From Flavobacteriales bacterium (GTDB taxonomy: Bacteria; Bacteroidota; Bacteroidia; Flavobacteriales; BACL11): a stretch of 48,703 nucleotides of DNA. The position numbers and the translations under genes are program-made. The stretch covers positions 1-48,703 of the forward strand of contig JABICI010000023.1 in assembly GCA_018652335.1 (NCBI GenBank). Reading direction: 5' to 3'. The notes beneath the pieces were generated by a model that made no database searches, was not told the DNA's origin, and saw only the letters and a program-made list of their open reading frames with translations. Of the stretch, positions 38,379 through 47,693 are shown one piece after another; within the stretch, counting starts at the first letter, position 1; each line of letters opens with the position of its first letter.

Positions 38379-39701
38379 ATGCATAATACTAACAAAGAAT
38401 TTTCGTTTAAAAAATACGCTTGGACACAATTTAAAAAGAATAAAATAGCTTTAGTCTGTTTATATTTACTTTTTACATTAATTATTTTAGCTGTTTTTGC
38501 ACCATATATTGCAAACGACCGCCCACTCTATGCTGTTTACAACGGCAAAACATTATTCCCGGCATTTGCAAGTGAAACGAGATCTGATTCTATTTACAAA
38601 AATGGAGAATTTACTCATGTATTGCAATATGATATAACTGATTGGAGAAGCTTAGACTTAAAATCAGTAGTATGGGCTCCTATCCCATATTCTCCATCTA
38701 GTATGGATAGATACAATAGAGATTATGCATCTCCCTCAGGAAAGCAAAGGTTTAAAAATAAAGAAGGAAATATTGTTGAAATCCCTTCTAAATTCAGACA
38801 TAAATTAGGTACTGATGGTATTGGAAGAGATCTTGCTGCTGGATTAATACATGGTACTAGAATTTCATTAATGGTAGGCCTTGTCTCAATGGGAATTGCA
38901 GCTCTAATCGGTATAATATTAGGTGCACTAGCAGGTTTTTTTGGTGACAATAAATTACAAATGCCAAGAATTAAATATTGGATGACTTTATTTGGTCTAT
39001 TTATGGGAATTTTTTATGGATTTGGTCAAAGAAAATACATTTTATCTGATGCATTTGGAACAAGTATATCAAACGGAATATTACAAACGTTAATAAGTGT
39101 TATAATTATTTTTGGAACAATTTTCTTATTTAGAAAATTAAGTTTACTACTAAAATTTAGATATCTAAAAGATGAAACGAATATACCTATCGACACATTC
39201 GTATCAAGAGGAATAGAGCTATTAAATTCAATTCCAAGATTATTGTTAATTATTACAATAACTGCTGTAGTAGAAAGAAGCATTTGGATTGTAATGATAA
39301 TTATTGGTCTAACTAGTTGGACAGGAATTGCAAGATTCACAAGGGCTGAATTTCTTAGAATTCGTTCTTTAGAATTTGTTCAAGCAGCTGAATCTTTAGG
39401 ATTTTCATCAGTAAGAACAATATTCAAACATGCGTTACCTAATGCGCTTGCACCTGTTTTTGTAAGTATTGCATTTGGAATAGCATCAGCAATCTTAATC
39501 GAAAGTGGATTATCGTTTTTAGGAATAGGTGTCCCAACTGATATTGTAACTTGGGGCTCATTATTAAATCTGGGAAGACAAAACCTAGAAGCATGGTGGT
39601 TAATTATATATCCAGGTATGGCTATATTTATTACAATAACAATATATAATATGATTGCTGAAGCTTCAAGAGATGCATTAGATCCAAAACTAAAAAGTTA
39701 A
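38379..39701 (+). CDS. ABC transporter permease (OppC/DppC-like) with extra hydrophobic insertion
   Basis: LGTDGIGRD...GTRISL.VG, EFVQAAESLG...HALPNA, ESGLSFLGIG, RDALDP. Confidence 0.92.
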   Translation: MHNTNKEFSFKKYAWTQFKKNKIALVCLYLLFTLIILAVFAPYIANDRPLYAVYNGKTLFPAFASETRSDSIYKNGEFTHVLQYDITDWRSLDLKSVVWAPIPYSPSSMDRYNRDYASPSGKQRFKNKEGNIVEIPSKFRHKLGTDGIGRDLAAGLIHGTRISLMVGLVSMGIAALIGIILGALAGFFGDNKLQMPRIKYWMTLFGLFMGIFYGFGQRKYILSDAFGTSISNGILQTLISVIIIFGTIFLFRKLSLLLKFRYLKDETNIPIDTFVSRGIELLNSIPRLLLIITITAVVERSIWIVMIIIGLTSWTGIARFTRAEFLRIRSLEFVQAAESLGFSSVRTIFKHALPNALAPVFVSIAFGIASAILIESGLSFLGIGVPTDIVTWGSLLNLGRQNLEAWWLIIYPGMAIFITITIYNMIAEASRDALDPKLKS

Positions 39702-39719
39702 GAAAAAGTTTATTATAAA

Positions 39720-40760
39720 TTACATTTCGTCAAAATCAACAACAACTTTATCAGATGCTGGCCTAGCTTGACAACCTAAGACGTAACCTTCCTTAACTTC
39801 ATCTTCTGAAAGAGAATAATTAGCGTCCATTATAACGGAACCTTGCATGACCTTTGCTCTACAAGTACAACATACAGCCCCTTTACAAGAAAAGGGAACA
39901 TCTGCACCTTTTTCCATTGCTGCATCTAAAATTGTTTGTCCTTTACTTGATAATGTAAATTCAAAATCTTCACCATCAACACAAACAGTAACATTTGAAA
40001 TTATCTCATCATTGTTTAAAGAATTAGTATCATCTTTTTTATCTACTGAAAATCTTTCAAAATGAATATTTGATTGATTAATATTGTTTAATAGAAGTAA
40101 CTCATTTGTATTATCAATAATTTGTCCAGGCCCACAAATAAAGAAATCATTAGCTTGTTTTATTTCACTAAATGTATTTAGTAAATTTTGTAAACTATCT
40201 TTATCTATTCTTCCAAAAAAAGAAGATTGAACTTTTTCTTGAGAATAGAACCAATGAATTTTCAATCTGTTTGGATAATTTTTTTCTAATTCTTCAAGAA
40301 CAATCTTGAACATTACACTTGATGAATTACGATTACTATAAATTAAAGTAACTTTTGAAGTTGTAGAACTATTTAATTCTGATTTAATCATAGATAGAAT
40401 CGGAGTAATACCACTTCCTGCACAAATACCTACAATATGATTATTTTTAGTAGATAAAGTAAAATTACCACTTGGAGGCATAATATCTAATGAGTCTCCA
40501 ACACTAATATCTTTTGTTAGAAATGTAGACATTTTACCACCTTCAACTAATTTAACACCTATTGCTAATCCCTCATCTAATGTTGAGCATATTGAATATG
40601 CTCTTCTCTCCTCAATTCCATTAATAACTGACTTTACAGTAATGTATTGACCAGCAATAAAGTTAAAATCAGATGAATTTTCTGTGTCAAAACTTAATTG
40701 TACAGAATCTTTAGTTAATCTTTTAATAGACTTAATTGGAAGAGAGAAAAATGAGTTCAT
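39720..40760 (-). CDS. paaE: Phenylacetyl-CoA epoxidase reductase subunit (FAD/NAD + 2Fe-2S); start probably 40760
   Basis: RRAYSIC, AGSGITP, FICGP, HFERF, PFSCKGAVCCTC...LGCQ; divergent from paaA. Confidence 0.9.
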   Translation of the reverse strand: MNSFFSLPIKSIKRLTKDSVQLSFDTENSSDFNFIAGQYITVKSVINGIEERRAYSICSTLDEGLAIGVKLVEGGKMSTFLTKDISVGDSLDIMPPSGNFTLSTKNNHIVGICAGSGITPILSMIKSELNSSTTSKVTLIYSNRNSSSVMFKIVLEELEKNYPNRLKIHWFYSQEKVQSSFFGRIDKDSLQNLLNTFSEIKQANDFFICGPGQIIDNTNELLLLNNINQSNIHFERFSVDKKDDTNSLNNDEIISNVTVCVDGEDFEFTLSSKGQTILDAAMEKGADVPFSCKGAVCCTCRAKVMQGSVIMDANYSLSEDEVKEGYVLGCQARPASDKVVVDFDEM

Positions 40761-40922
40761 TATTTTTTTTTGCAAAAATAACCAATTTTTATGTAAATAT
40801 TATACTATGCAATACAACTATGTTTTATTAAAAAATTAAAGTAAGTAACAATAATTCAAATTATAATATCAATCAATAAAGAACTATTATTTATTACTTA
40901 AATTTGCAAAAAAGAAATAACT

Positions 40923-41846
40923 ATGACAGAGGAGAAATTTCAAAAACGTATTGATAGAGAAGAGAAAATCGAACCAAAAGATTGGATGCCTGAAGGATAC
41001 AGAAAGCATTTAATTAGGCAAATATCTCAGCATGCACATTCTGAAATTATTGGTATGCAACCTGAAGGTAATTGGATTTCAAGAGCTCCTTCACTTAGAG
41101 CAAAAATGATTTTACTTGCAAAGGTACAAGATGAAGCAGGTCATGGACTCTATCTATATTCAGCTTGTGAGACATTAGGAGTTAGCCGCCAAGAACTTGT
41201 TTCACAATTACATTCAGGTAAAGCAAAATATTCCTCAATCTTTAATTACCCGACTCTAAGCTGGGCTGATATGGGTGCTATTGGATGGTTAGTTGATGGT
41301 GCTGCGATTGTTAACCAAGTCTCACTACAAAGAACTTCATTTGGCCCTTATTCAAGAGGGATGGTTAAGATTTGTAAAGAAGAAAGTTTTCATCAAAGGC
41401 AAGGATATGAAATAATGGCTCAAATGGCACAAGGAACATCTGAGCAGAAAGCTATGGCGCAAGATGCGCTGAACAGATTCTGGTGGCCATCTATAATGAT
41501 GTTTGGTCCTAATGACTCAGATTCTCCAAGAACAGGTAATGCTATGAAATGGAAAATTAAAAGAAAAACAAATGATGAGTTAAGACAGGAATTTATTGAT
41601 AAAACTGTAAATCAAGCTGAGATAATAGGACTTACTATTCCAGATAAAGACTTAAAATGGAACGATGAAAGACAACATTATGATTTTGGTGAAATGGATT
41701 GGGATGAATTCTGGAGTGTTGTTAATGGTAATGGACCTTGCAATAAACAACGATTAAATCATCATAAAAAAGCACATGATGATGGTCAATGGGTACGTGA
41801 AGCTGCCAAATCATATTCACAAAAAAAAGAACTAATAGCAAACTAA
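40923..41846 (+). CDS. paaA: Phenylacetyl-CoA epoxidase subunit A
   Basis: [45 protein letters not shown]. Confidence 0.97.
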   Translation: MTEEKFQKRIDREEKIEPKDWMPEGYRKHLIRQISQHAHSEIIGMQPEGNWISRAPSLRAKMILLAKVQDEAGHGLYLYSACETLGVSRQELVSQLHSGKAKYSSIFNYPTLSWADMGAIGWLVDGAAIVNQVSLQRTSFGPYSRGMVKICKEESFHQRQGYEIMAQMAQGTSEQKAMAQDALNRFWWPSIMMFGPNDSDSPRTGNAMKWKIKRKTNDELRQEFIDKTVNQAEIIGLTIPDKDLKWNDERQHYDFGEMDWDEFWSVVNGNGPCNKQRLNHHKKAHDDGQWVREAAKSYSQKKELIAN

Positions 41847-41856
41847 ATATATTTAT

Positions 41857-42141
41857 ATGTCAGAAAACAGAACTGTCTGGGAAGTATTTATACAGAGTAA
41901 AAATGGACTTGCTCACAAACATGTAGGCAATGTTCATGCTGAAGATAAAATAATGGCATTAGAAAATGCCAGAGAACTCTATACAAGAAGAAATGAAGGT
42001 TCTTGTATTTGGGTTGTAAAATCAAAGGACATCATTTCTTCTGAGTCAGAAGATGGTGAAGCATTCTTTGATCCATCTAACGATAAAATGTATAGACATC
42101 CAACTTTCTACACAATGCCTGAAGGATCAAAATATATTTAA
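41857..42141 (+). CDS. paaB: Phenylacetyl-CoA epoxidase subunit B
   Basis: WEVFI...GL.HKHVG.VHA, ARELYTRRNEG, YRHPTFY. Confidence 0.96.
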   Translation: MSENRTVWEVFIQSKNGLAHKHVGNVHAEDKIMALENARELYTRRNEGSCIWVVKSKDIISSESEDGEAFFDPSNDKMYRHPTFYTMPEGSKYI

Positions 42142-42142
42142 T

Positions 42143-42892
42143 ATGAATAATGAATTATTAACATACACACTTAGAATAGCAGATAACTCATTAATTTTAG
42201 GCCAAAGAATGAGCGAATGGTGTTCAAAAGGACCTACCTTAGAAGAAGACATAGCATTGTCAAATATCTCACTTGACTTATTTGGTCAAGCAAATGGATT
42301 CTACTCATATGCTTCACAATTAGACGGAAATAAATCTCCTGATGATTTGGCATTTCTTAGAAACGAAAGAGAATTCTTTAATCAGCAAATTGTTGAATTA
42401 GAAAATATAGATTTTGGTAATACTATTGTAAGAAACTTTCTGTATGATAGTTATAATTTTTTGTTTTATTCTTCATTAAAAAATAGTAAAGATGACACTC
42501 TCTCTGCACTAGCTTCAAAATCACTAAAAGAAGTAAAATATCATCTAAGACACTCTAAAAACTGGCTAATTAGACTTGGTGACGGTACAGAGTTTTCAAA
42601 AGAAAAAGTACAAAAATCATTAGAAAGTATTTGGCAATATACACACGATATGTTTAGCATGGATGAAATTGATAATAAAATGTATAGATTAAATATTGGT
42701 GTAAACAATTCTAATTTGAAAGTTGAGTGGGACAGAATTATTAATGAAACATTAATAGAAGCAAAATTAGTTCGTCCTAAAGATGGGTATAATGCAAAAG
42801 GTGGAAAAAATGGAATGCACACTGAGCATTTAGGTTTTCTATTAGCAGAAATGCAATTTTTACAAAGAGCATATCCAAATGCAAAGTGGTAA
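42143..42892 (+). CDS. paaC: Phenylacetyl-CoA epoxidase subunit C (start re-called to 42143)
   Basis: DNSLILGQR.SEWC..GP.LEEDIA, KEVKYH, RLGDGT, HTEHLG.LLAEMQ.LQRAYP..W. Confidence 0.96.
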   Translation: MNNELLTYTLRIADNSLILGQRMSEWCSKGPTLEEDIALSNISLDLFGQANGFYSYASQLDGNKSPDDLAFLRNEREFFNQQIVELENIDFGNTIVRNFLYDSYNFLFYSSLKNSKDDTLSALASKSLKEVKYHLRHSKNWLIRLGDGTEFSKEKVQKSLESIWQYTHDMFSMDEIDNKMYRLNIGVNNSNLKVEWDRIINETLIEAKLVRPKDGYNAKGGKNGMHTEHLGFLLAEMQFLQRAYPNAKW

Positions 42893-43331
42893 AATAAAAG
42901 AGATATGGAAACTATTAGATTCTGTTCCAGATCCTGAAATTCCTGTAATTTCCGTTGTAGAACTTGGCGTAGTTAGAAACATTTCATTTACTAATAATGC
43001 TTACCAAATTTTAATTACACCAACCTATTCAGGATGTCCAGCAGTTAAAACATTCATTGATGACATTAAAAGTTGTTTAAAAACAAACAAAATATTTAAT
43101 TTTGATATAAAAATTATTTATGCTCCAGCTTGGACAACAGATTGGATGTCAGTAGAAACAAAAGAAAAACTTAGAAAATATGGTATATCTCCACCATCTA
43201 ACAAAGTTGTTTGTCCTCAATGCAACTCATCAAATACAGTACTTGTAAGTGAATTTGGAGCAACAGCATGTAAATCTTTTCATAAATGTTCAGAATGCTT
43301 AGAGCCGTTTGAACACTTCAAATGCATCTAG
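42879..43331 (+). CDS. paaD: Phenylacetyl-CoA epoxidase subunit D
   Basis: VPDPEIPVISV.ELG, TPTYSGCPA, AWTTDW, CPQC...FGATACK..C..C.EPFEHFKCI. Confidence 0.96.
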   Translation: MQSGKIKEIWKLLDSVPDPEIPVISVVELGVVRNISFTNNAYQILITPTYSGCPAVKTFIDDIKSCLKTNKIFNFDIKIIYAPAWTTDWMSVETKEKLRKYGISPPSNKVVCPQCNSSNTVLVSEFGATACKSFHKCSECLEPFEHFKCI

Positions 43332-43414
43332 TTAATTGATTCATTTTAAGGTAATTTTAAAGAGTTTAGAAATCAATTTGAAATTAGTATTTTAGCAATA
43401 AATCTAAAGATATA

Positions 43415-44185
43415 ATGATACAATTTGAAATTATTAATAACGTAGGTAAAATTACATTAAATAGACCTGAAAAATATCATTCATTTGTAAAAGATATGGC
43501 AATACAACTGCAAAATATCTTAGATAAATGCAATGAAAATAAAAGTATAAGAGCTATTATGATTACAGCATCAGGCAAAGCATTTTGTGCAGGTCAAGAC
43601 TTAGCTGAAGCTACTAATAAAAATGGTCCTTCACTAACTGAAATTGTAGAAAATCATTACAATCCTATAATACGAAAAATAAGAAATATTGAGAAACCAG
43701 TTGTTGCTGCAGTTAATGGTGTTGCAGCGGGAGCTGGTGCTAGCCTTGCACTATGTTGCGATATTGTACTTTGCAATGAGAATGCAACATTTATTCAAGC
43801 ATTTAGCAAAATTGGATTAATTCCTGATAGTGCAGCTACCTTTTTTCTTCCTAGATTAATTGGAATGCAAAGAGCAACAGCCTTAATGATGTCGGCAGAA
43901 CCAATTGTTGCTTCAGAAGCATTAAAAATGGGTATGATTTATAAGATTTTTTCTAATGATGATTTTGAAAGTAGTAGCTTAGATTTCGTTTCAAAATTAT
44001 CTCAAATGCCAACAAAAGGACTAGGGCTAACTAAAAGACTTCTAAACAGTTCTTATTCAAATAACTTAGAAGAACAATTAGAAATGGAGAAGCAATGTCA
44101 GGAAATTGCTGGTAAAACAAATGATTTTGATGAAGGTGTTCAGGCATTTTTAGATAAAAGAAAACCAAATTTTAAAGGAAACTAA
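43415..44185 (+). CDS. paaG: Enoyl-CoA hydratase/isomerase, 1,2-epoxyphenylacetyl-CoA isomerase
   Basis: AFCAGQDL, VNGVAAGAGA, FSKIGLIPDS; paa context. Confidence 0.88.
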   Translation: MIQFEIINNVGKITLNRPEKYHSFVKDMAIQLQNILDKCNENKSIRAIMITASGKAFCAGQDLAEATNKNGPSLTEIVENHYNPIIRKIRNIEKPVVAAVNGVAAGAGASLALCCDIVLCNENATFIQAFSKIGLIPDSAATFFLPRLIGMQRATALMMSAEPIVASEALKMGMIYKIFSNDDFESSSLDFVSKLSQMPTKGLGLTKRLLNSSYSNNLEEQLEMEKQCQEIAGKTNDFDEGVQAFLDKRKPNFKGN

Positions 44186-44186
44186 T

Positions 44187-45338
44187 ATGAAAGTAAGTGT
44201 GATTGGTTCTGGAACTATGGGTATGGGAATAGCTCAAATAGCAGCTTCAAATGATTCGAAAGTATGTCTTTACGACTCTTCAGCTAATGCAACAAATATT
44301 GCAAAAGAAAAACTAAACACAATATTAAGTAGACTTACAGAAAAAGAAAAGATTACTAAATCTAGAAAAAAAGAAATTTTATCTAACATTCAATTCTCTC
44401 AAGATCTTAATGACATTAAAGGAAGTAACTTAGTGATCGAGGCTATTATTGAAGATCTAAAAATAAAAAAAGAAGTTTTTTCAGAAATTGAAAAGATAAT
44501 AGATGACAATTGCATTTTAGCAACTAATACTTCCTCACTATCAATTGCTTCAGTTGCATCATCATGTCAAAAAGCAAATAGAGTAATTGGAATACATTTT
44601 TTTAATCCTGCACCAATAATGCCTTTAGTTGAAATTATTCCTGCTGTTCAAACATCTAGCAACACACTTAAAACAGCAAGATCAATTATTGATAAGTGGG
44701 GAAAAGCAACTGTAATTGTTAAAGATACACCTGGATTTATTGTTAATAGGATTGCTCGCCCTTTCTATGGTGAAGCCTTACGAATTTATGAGGAGGGAAT
44801 AGCAAATTTTGAAACAATTGATTGGGCACTTAAAGAAATTGGAGGGTTTAAAATGGGGCCATTTGAACTAATGGACTACATTGGAAATGACATTAACTAT
44901 ACAGTTACTGAGACAGTATTTACAAGCTTTTATTTTGATCAAAGATACAAACCGTCATTTACACAGAAAAGAATGATAGAAGCAGGATATCTTGGTCGTA
45001 AATCTGGGCAAGGATTTTATAATTATTCTTCAGAAAGTAAAAAAAATATAAATGAAAATCGGCAGTTAGGAAAAATTATTCTTTGGAGAATACTAGCAAT
45101 GCTAATAAATGAGGCATCAGACGCCTTATTTTTAAATATTGCAAGTAGAGAAGATATTGATCTTGCTATGACAAAAGGTGTGAACTACCCTAATGGTTTA
45201 CTTAAATGGGCAGATGAACTAGGAATTGAAAATGTTCTTAATCAGCTTAATAAGTTATATGAAGAATATGGTGAAGACAGATACAGACCTTCTCCCCTGT
45301 TAAAAAGAATGGTAAAAAGTCAAACAAAATTTTATTAA
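44187..45338 (+). CDS. paaH: 3-hydroxyacyl-CoA (3-hydroxyadipyl-CoA) dehydrogenase
   Basis: GSGTMGMG, EAIIE, TNTSSLS, HFFNPAP, DTPGFIVNRIARPFYGEA. Confidence 0.9.
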   Translation: MKVSVIGSGTMGMGIAQIAASNDSKVCLYDSSANATNIAKEKLNTILSRLTEKEKITKSRKKEILSNIQFSQDLNDIKGSNLVIEAIIEDLKIKKEVFSEIEKIIDDNCILATNTSSLSIASVASSCQKANRVIGIHFFNPAPIMPLVEIIPAVQTSSNTLKTARSIIDKWGKATVIVKDTPGFIVNRIARPFYGEALRIYEEGIANFETIDWALKEIGGFKMGPFELMDYIGNDINYTVTETVFTSFYFDQRYKPSFTQKRMIEAGYLGRKSGQGFYNYSSESKKNINENRQLGKIILWRILAMLINEASDALFLNIASREDIDLAMTKGVNYPNGLLKWADELGIENVLNQLNKLYEEYGEDRYRPSPLLKRMVKSQTKFY

Positions 45339-45757
45339 TGGAATTAGCATCAAAAATAGTTAATAAGATGATGAGCAATGACAGCTTTAGTAAATGGCTT
45401 GGTATTGAAATAATTGAATTATCTGAAGGTTTCTGCAAACTACAAATGAAAATTAGAGATGATATGACAAATGGTTTTAAGATTGCACATGGAGGAATAA
45501 CATATTCTCTAGCTGATAGTGCATTAGCTTTTGCATCAAATTCAAATGGATTTCAATCTTTAACAATTGAAAGCTCCATAAATTATTTCAAAAAAGTTAA
45601 CTCGGGAGATATATTATCTGCTATTACAAACGAAATAAATAAAACAGAAAAAATTGCTAAATACAGTATTGTTGTTAGCAATCAAAATAATGAGAAAATT
45701 GCTAGCTTTAATGGAAAAGTACATAGAACACAAAAACAATGGTTTGCAGAAGATTAA
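45338..45757 (+). CDS. paaI: Hotdog-fold acyl-CoA thioesterase
   Basis: DSFSKWLG, NGFKIAHGGITYSLADSALAFASN. Confidence 0.9.
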   Translation: MELASKIVNKMMSNDSFSKWLGIEIIELSEGFCKLQMKIRDDMTNGFKIAHGGITYSLADSALAFASNSNGFQSLTIESSINYFKKVNSGDILSAITNEINKTEKIAKYSIVVSNQNNEKIASFNGKVHRTQKQWFAED

Positions 45758-45796
45758 ATACTAATAAATTCCTTTAAATAAAAATAGAATAATTTT

Positions 45797-46999
45797 ATGA
45801 ACACTTATATTATTGATGCAATACGAACTCCGATTGGAAATTTTTGCGGAACTTTAAAAAATATTAGAACAGATGATTTAGCGGCAATTTCTATAAAAGA
45901 GCTTGTTAAAAGAAATAAAATTGATCCATCAAAAATTGATGATGTAATATTGGGCTGTGCAAACCAAGCTGGAGAAGACAATAGAAATGTAGCAAGAATG
46001 GCAAGTCTTTTAGCAGGATTACCATTTACAGTACCTGGTGAAACTGTAAATAGATTATGTGCTTCAGGAATGTCAGCTGTAGTTCATGCTCATAGAGCAA
46101 TATCAGCGGGAGATGGTGATTTATTTATTGCTGGTGGTGTAGAGAATATGACTCGAGGCCCGTGGGTAATATCAAAAGTATCAAAACCTTTTGGAAGAGA
46201 TGCAAAAATGCATGATTCATCTTTTGGGTGGAGATTTATAAATCCCAAGATGAAAGATATGTATGGTGTTGATAGTATGGGAAAAACCGCTGAAAATCTA
46301 GCTTCTAGATACAATATATCAAGAGAAGATCAAGATAAATTTGCATATAATTCGCAGATGAAAGCCTCATCCGCCAGAAAAAAAGGAAGATTTATTAATG
46401 AAATTGTATCTGTAGAAATACCTCAAAGAAAAAAAGATTCAATTATTTTTAGCGAAGATGAATTTATCAAAGATAAAACTTCCATTGAAATATTATCTAA
46501 ATTAAGAACTGCATTTAAAAGTGAAAATGGTACTGTAACGGCCGGAAATTCTTCTGGTCTAAACGATGGGTCAGCTGCGATGCTATTAGCTTCAGAACAA
46601 GGTGTAAAGGAGAATAACTTATCCCCTATTGCAAGAATTGTAAGTTCAGCTATAGTTGGTGTAGAACCTTCTATAATGGGAATAGGTCCAGTACTTGCTT
46701 CAAATAAAGCATTAGAAAAAGCAAATCTTAAGATGCATGATATGGATATTATTGAACTTAATGAAGCGTTCTCAGCACAAGCTCTTGCATGTATTAGAGA
46801 ATGGGGATTGGAAGATAATGACCCACGAATTAATCCAAATGGCGGAGCAATTTCCTTAGGACATCCTCTGGGAGTTAGTGGTACAAGAATATTACAAACT
46901 GCAGCAATTGAACTTCAAAATCAAAATAAGAAATATGCACTTGTTACCATGTGTATCGGAGTCGGACAAGGTTATGCAACGATAATTGAAAAAGTATAA
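45797..46999 (+). CDS. paaJ: 3-oxoadipyl-CoA/3-oxo-5,6-dehydrosuberyl-CoA thiolase (PaaJ/PcaF)
   Basis: GCANQAGEDNRNVARM, NRLCASG, NEAF, GHPLG, MCIGVGQG. Confidence 0.92.
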   Translation: MNTYIIDAIRTPIGNFCGTLKNIRTDDLAAISIKELVKRNKIDPSKIDDVILGCANQAGEDNRNVARMASLLAGLPFTVPGETVNRLCASGMSAVVHAHRAISAGDGDLFIAGGVENMTRGPWVISKVSKPFGRDAKMHDSSFGWRFINPKMKDMYGVDSMGKTAENLASRYNISREDQDKFAYNSQMKASSARKKGRFINEIVSVEIPQRKKDSIIFSEDEFIKDKTSIEILSKLRTAFKSENGTVTAGNSSGLNDGSAAMLLASEQGVKENNLSPIARIVSSAIVGVEPSIMGIGPVLASNKALEKANLKMHDMDIIELNEAFSAQALACIREWGLEDNDPRINPNGGAISLGHPLGVSGTRILQTAAIELQNQNKKYALVTMCIGVGQGYATIIEKV

Positions 47000-47594
47000 T
47001 ATGATTTACGAATTTAATGGATATAAACCTGTAATTCACTCGAGTGCATATGTGCACAAGGAAGCTACACTAATAGGAAACGTTATCATTGGTAAAAATG
47101 TTTATATCGGTCCTGGAGCAAGCTTAAGAGGTGATTGGGGACAAATTACAATTGAAGATGGTTGTAATGTTCAAGATAATTGCACAATACATATTTTTCC
47201 TGGAAAAGATGTTTTATTAAAGAAAAACGCACATATCGGTCATGGTGCCATTATTCATGGTGCTAATATTGGAAAAAATAGTTTGGTAGGTATGAATGCT
47301 GTAGTAATGGATGATGCAAAAGTTGGTGATGAGTGTATTATCGGGGCTCTTTGCTTTATAAGAGGTGAAATGCAAATTCCAAACAGAAAAATAGTTGTAG
47401 GAAATCCTGCAAAAATAAAAGGTGATGTTACAGATAAGATGTTAGACTGGAAAACTAAAGGAACAGAGCTTTATCAAACATTATCGAAAGAGTGCTCTGA
47501 GTTGATGAAAGAATGCACTCCTTTAGCTGAAATTGAAAAACATAGAAAAGAAAAACAAAAGAATACATTCAATACATGGAAAAAAACATTATAA
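46986..47594 (+). CDS. paaY: Hexapeptide-repeat gamma-carbonic anhydrase-like protein (real start probably MIYEF at 47001)
   Basis: LRGDWG, NVQDNC.IH, HIGHGAIIHG; paa context. Confidence 0.85.
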   Translation: MKKYNMIYEFNGYKPVIHSSAYVHKEATLIGNVIIGKNVYIGPGASLRGDWGQITIEDGCNVQDNCTIHIFPGKDVLLKKNAHIGHGAIIHGANIGKNSLVGMNAVVMDDAKVGDECIIGALCFIRGEMQIPNRKIVVGNPAKIKGDVTDKMLDWKTKGTELYQTLSKECSELMKECTPLAEIEKHRKEKQKNTFNTWKKTL

Positions 47595-47595
47595 T

Positions 47596-47687
47596 ATGAA
47601 GAAAATATTTACGATACTTTTTACACTTTCAATTTAGGAATAGAAACTAAAAATGGTATAATTAATAAGAAACTAATATTGCAATAA
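47596..47687 (+). pseudogene. Collapsed T9SS-cargo gene remnant inside the paa operon
   Basis: ATG at 47596 gives MKKIFTILFTLSI* (signal-peptide start). The overlapping frame from 47634 gives LGIETKNGIINKKLILQ* (CTD terminal strands), stop at 47685-47687. Confidence 0.6.
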
Positions 47688-47693
47688 AATTTA

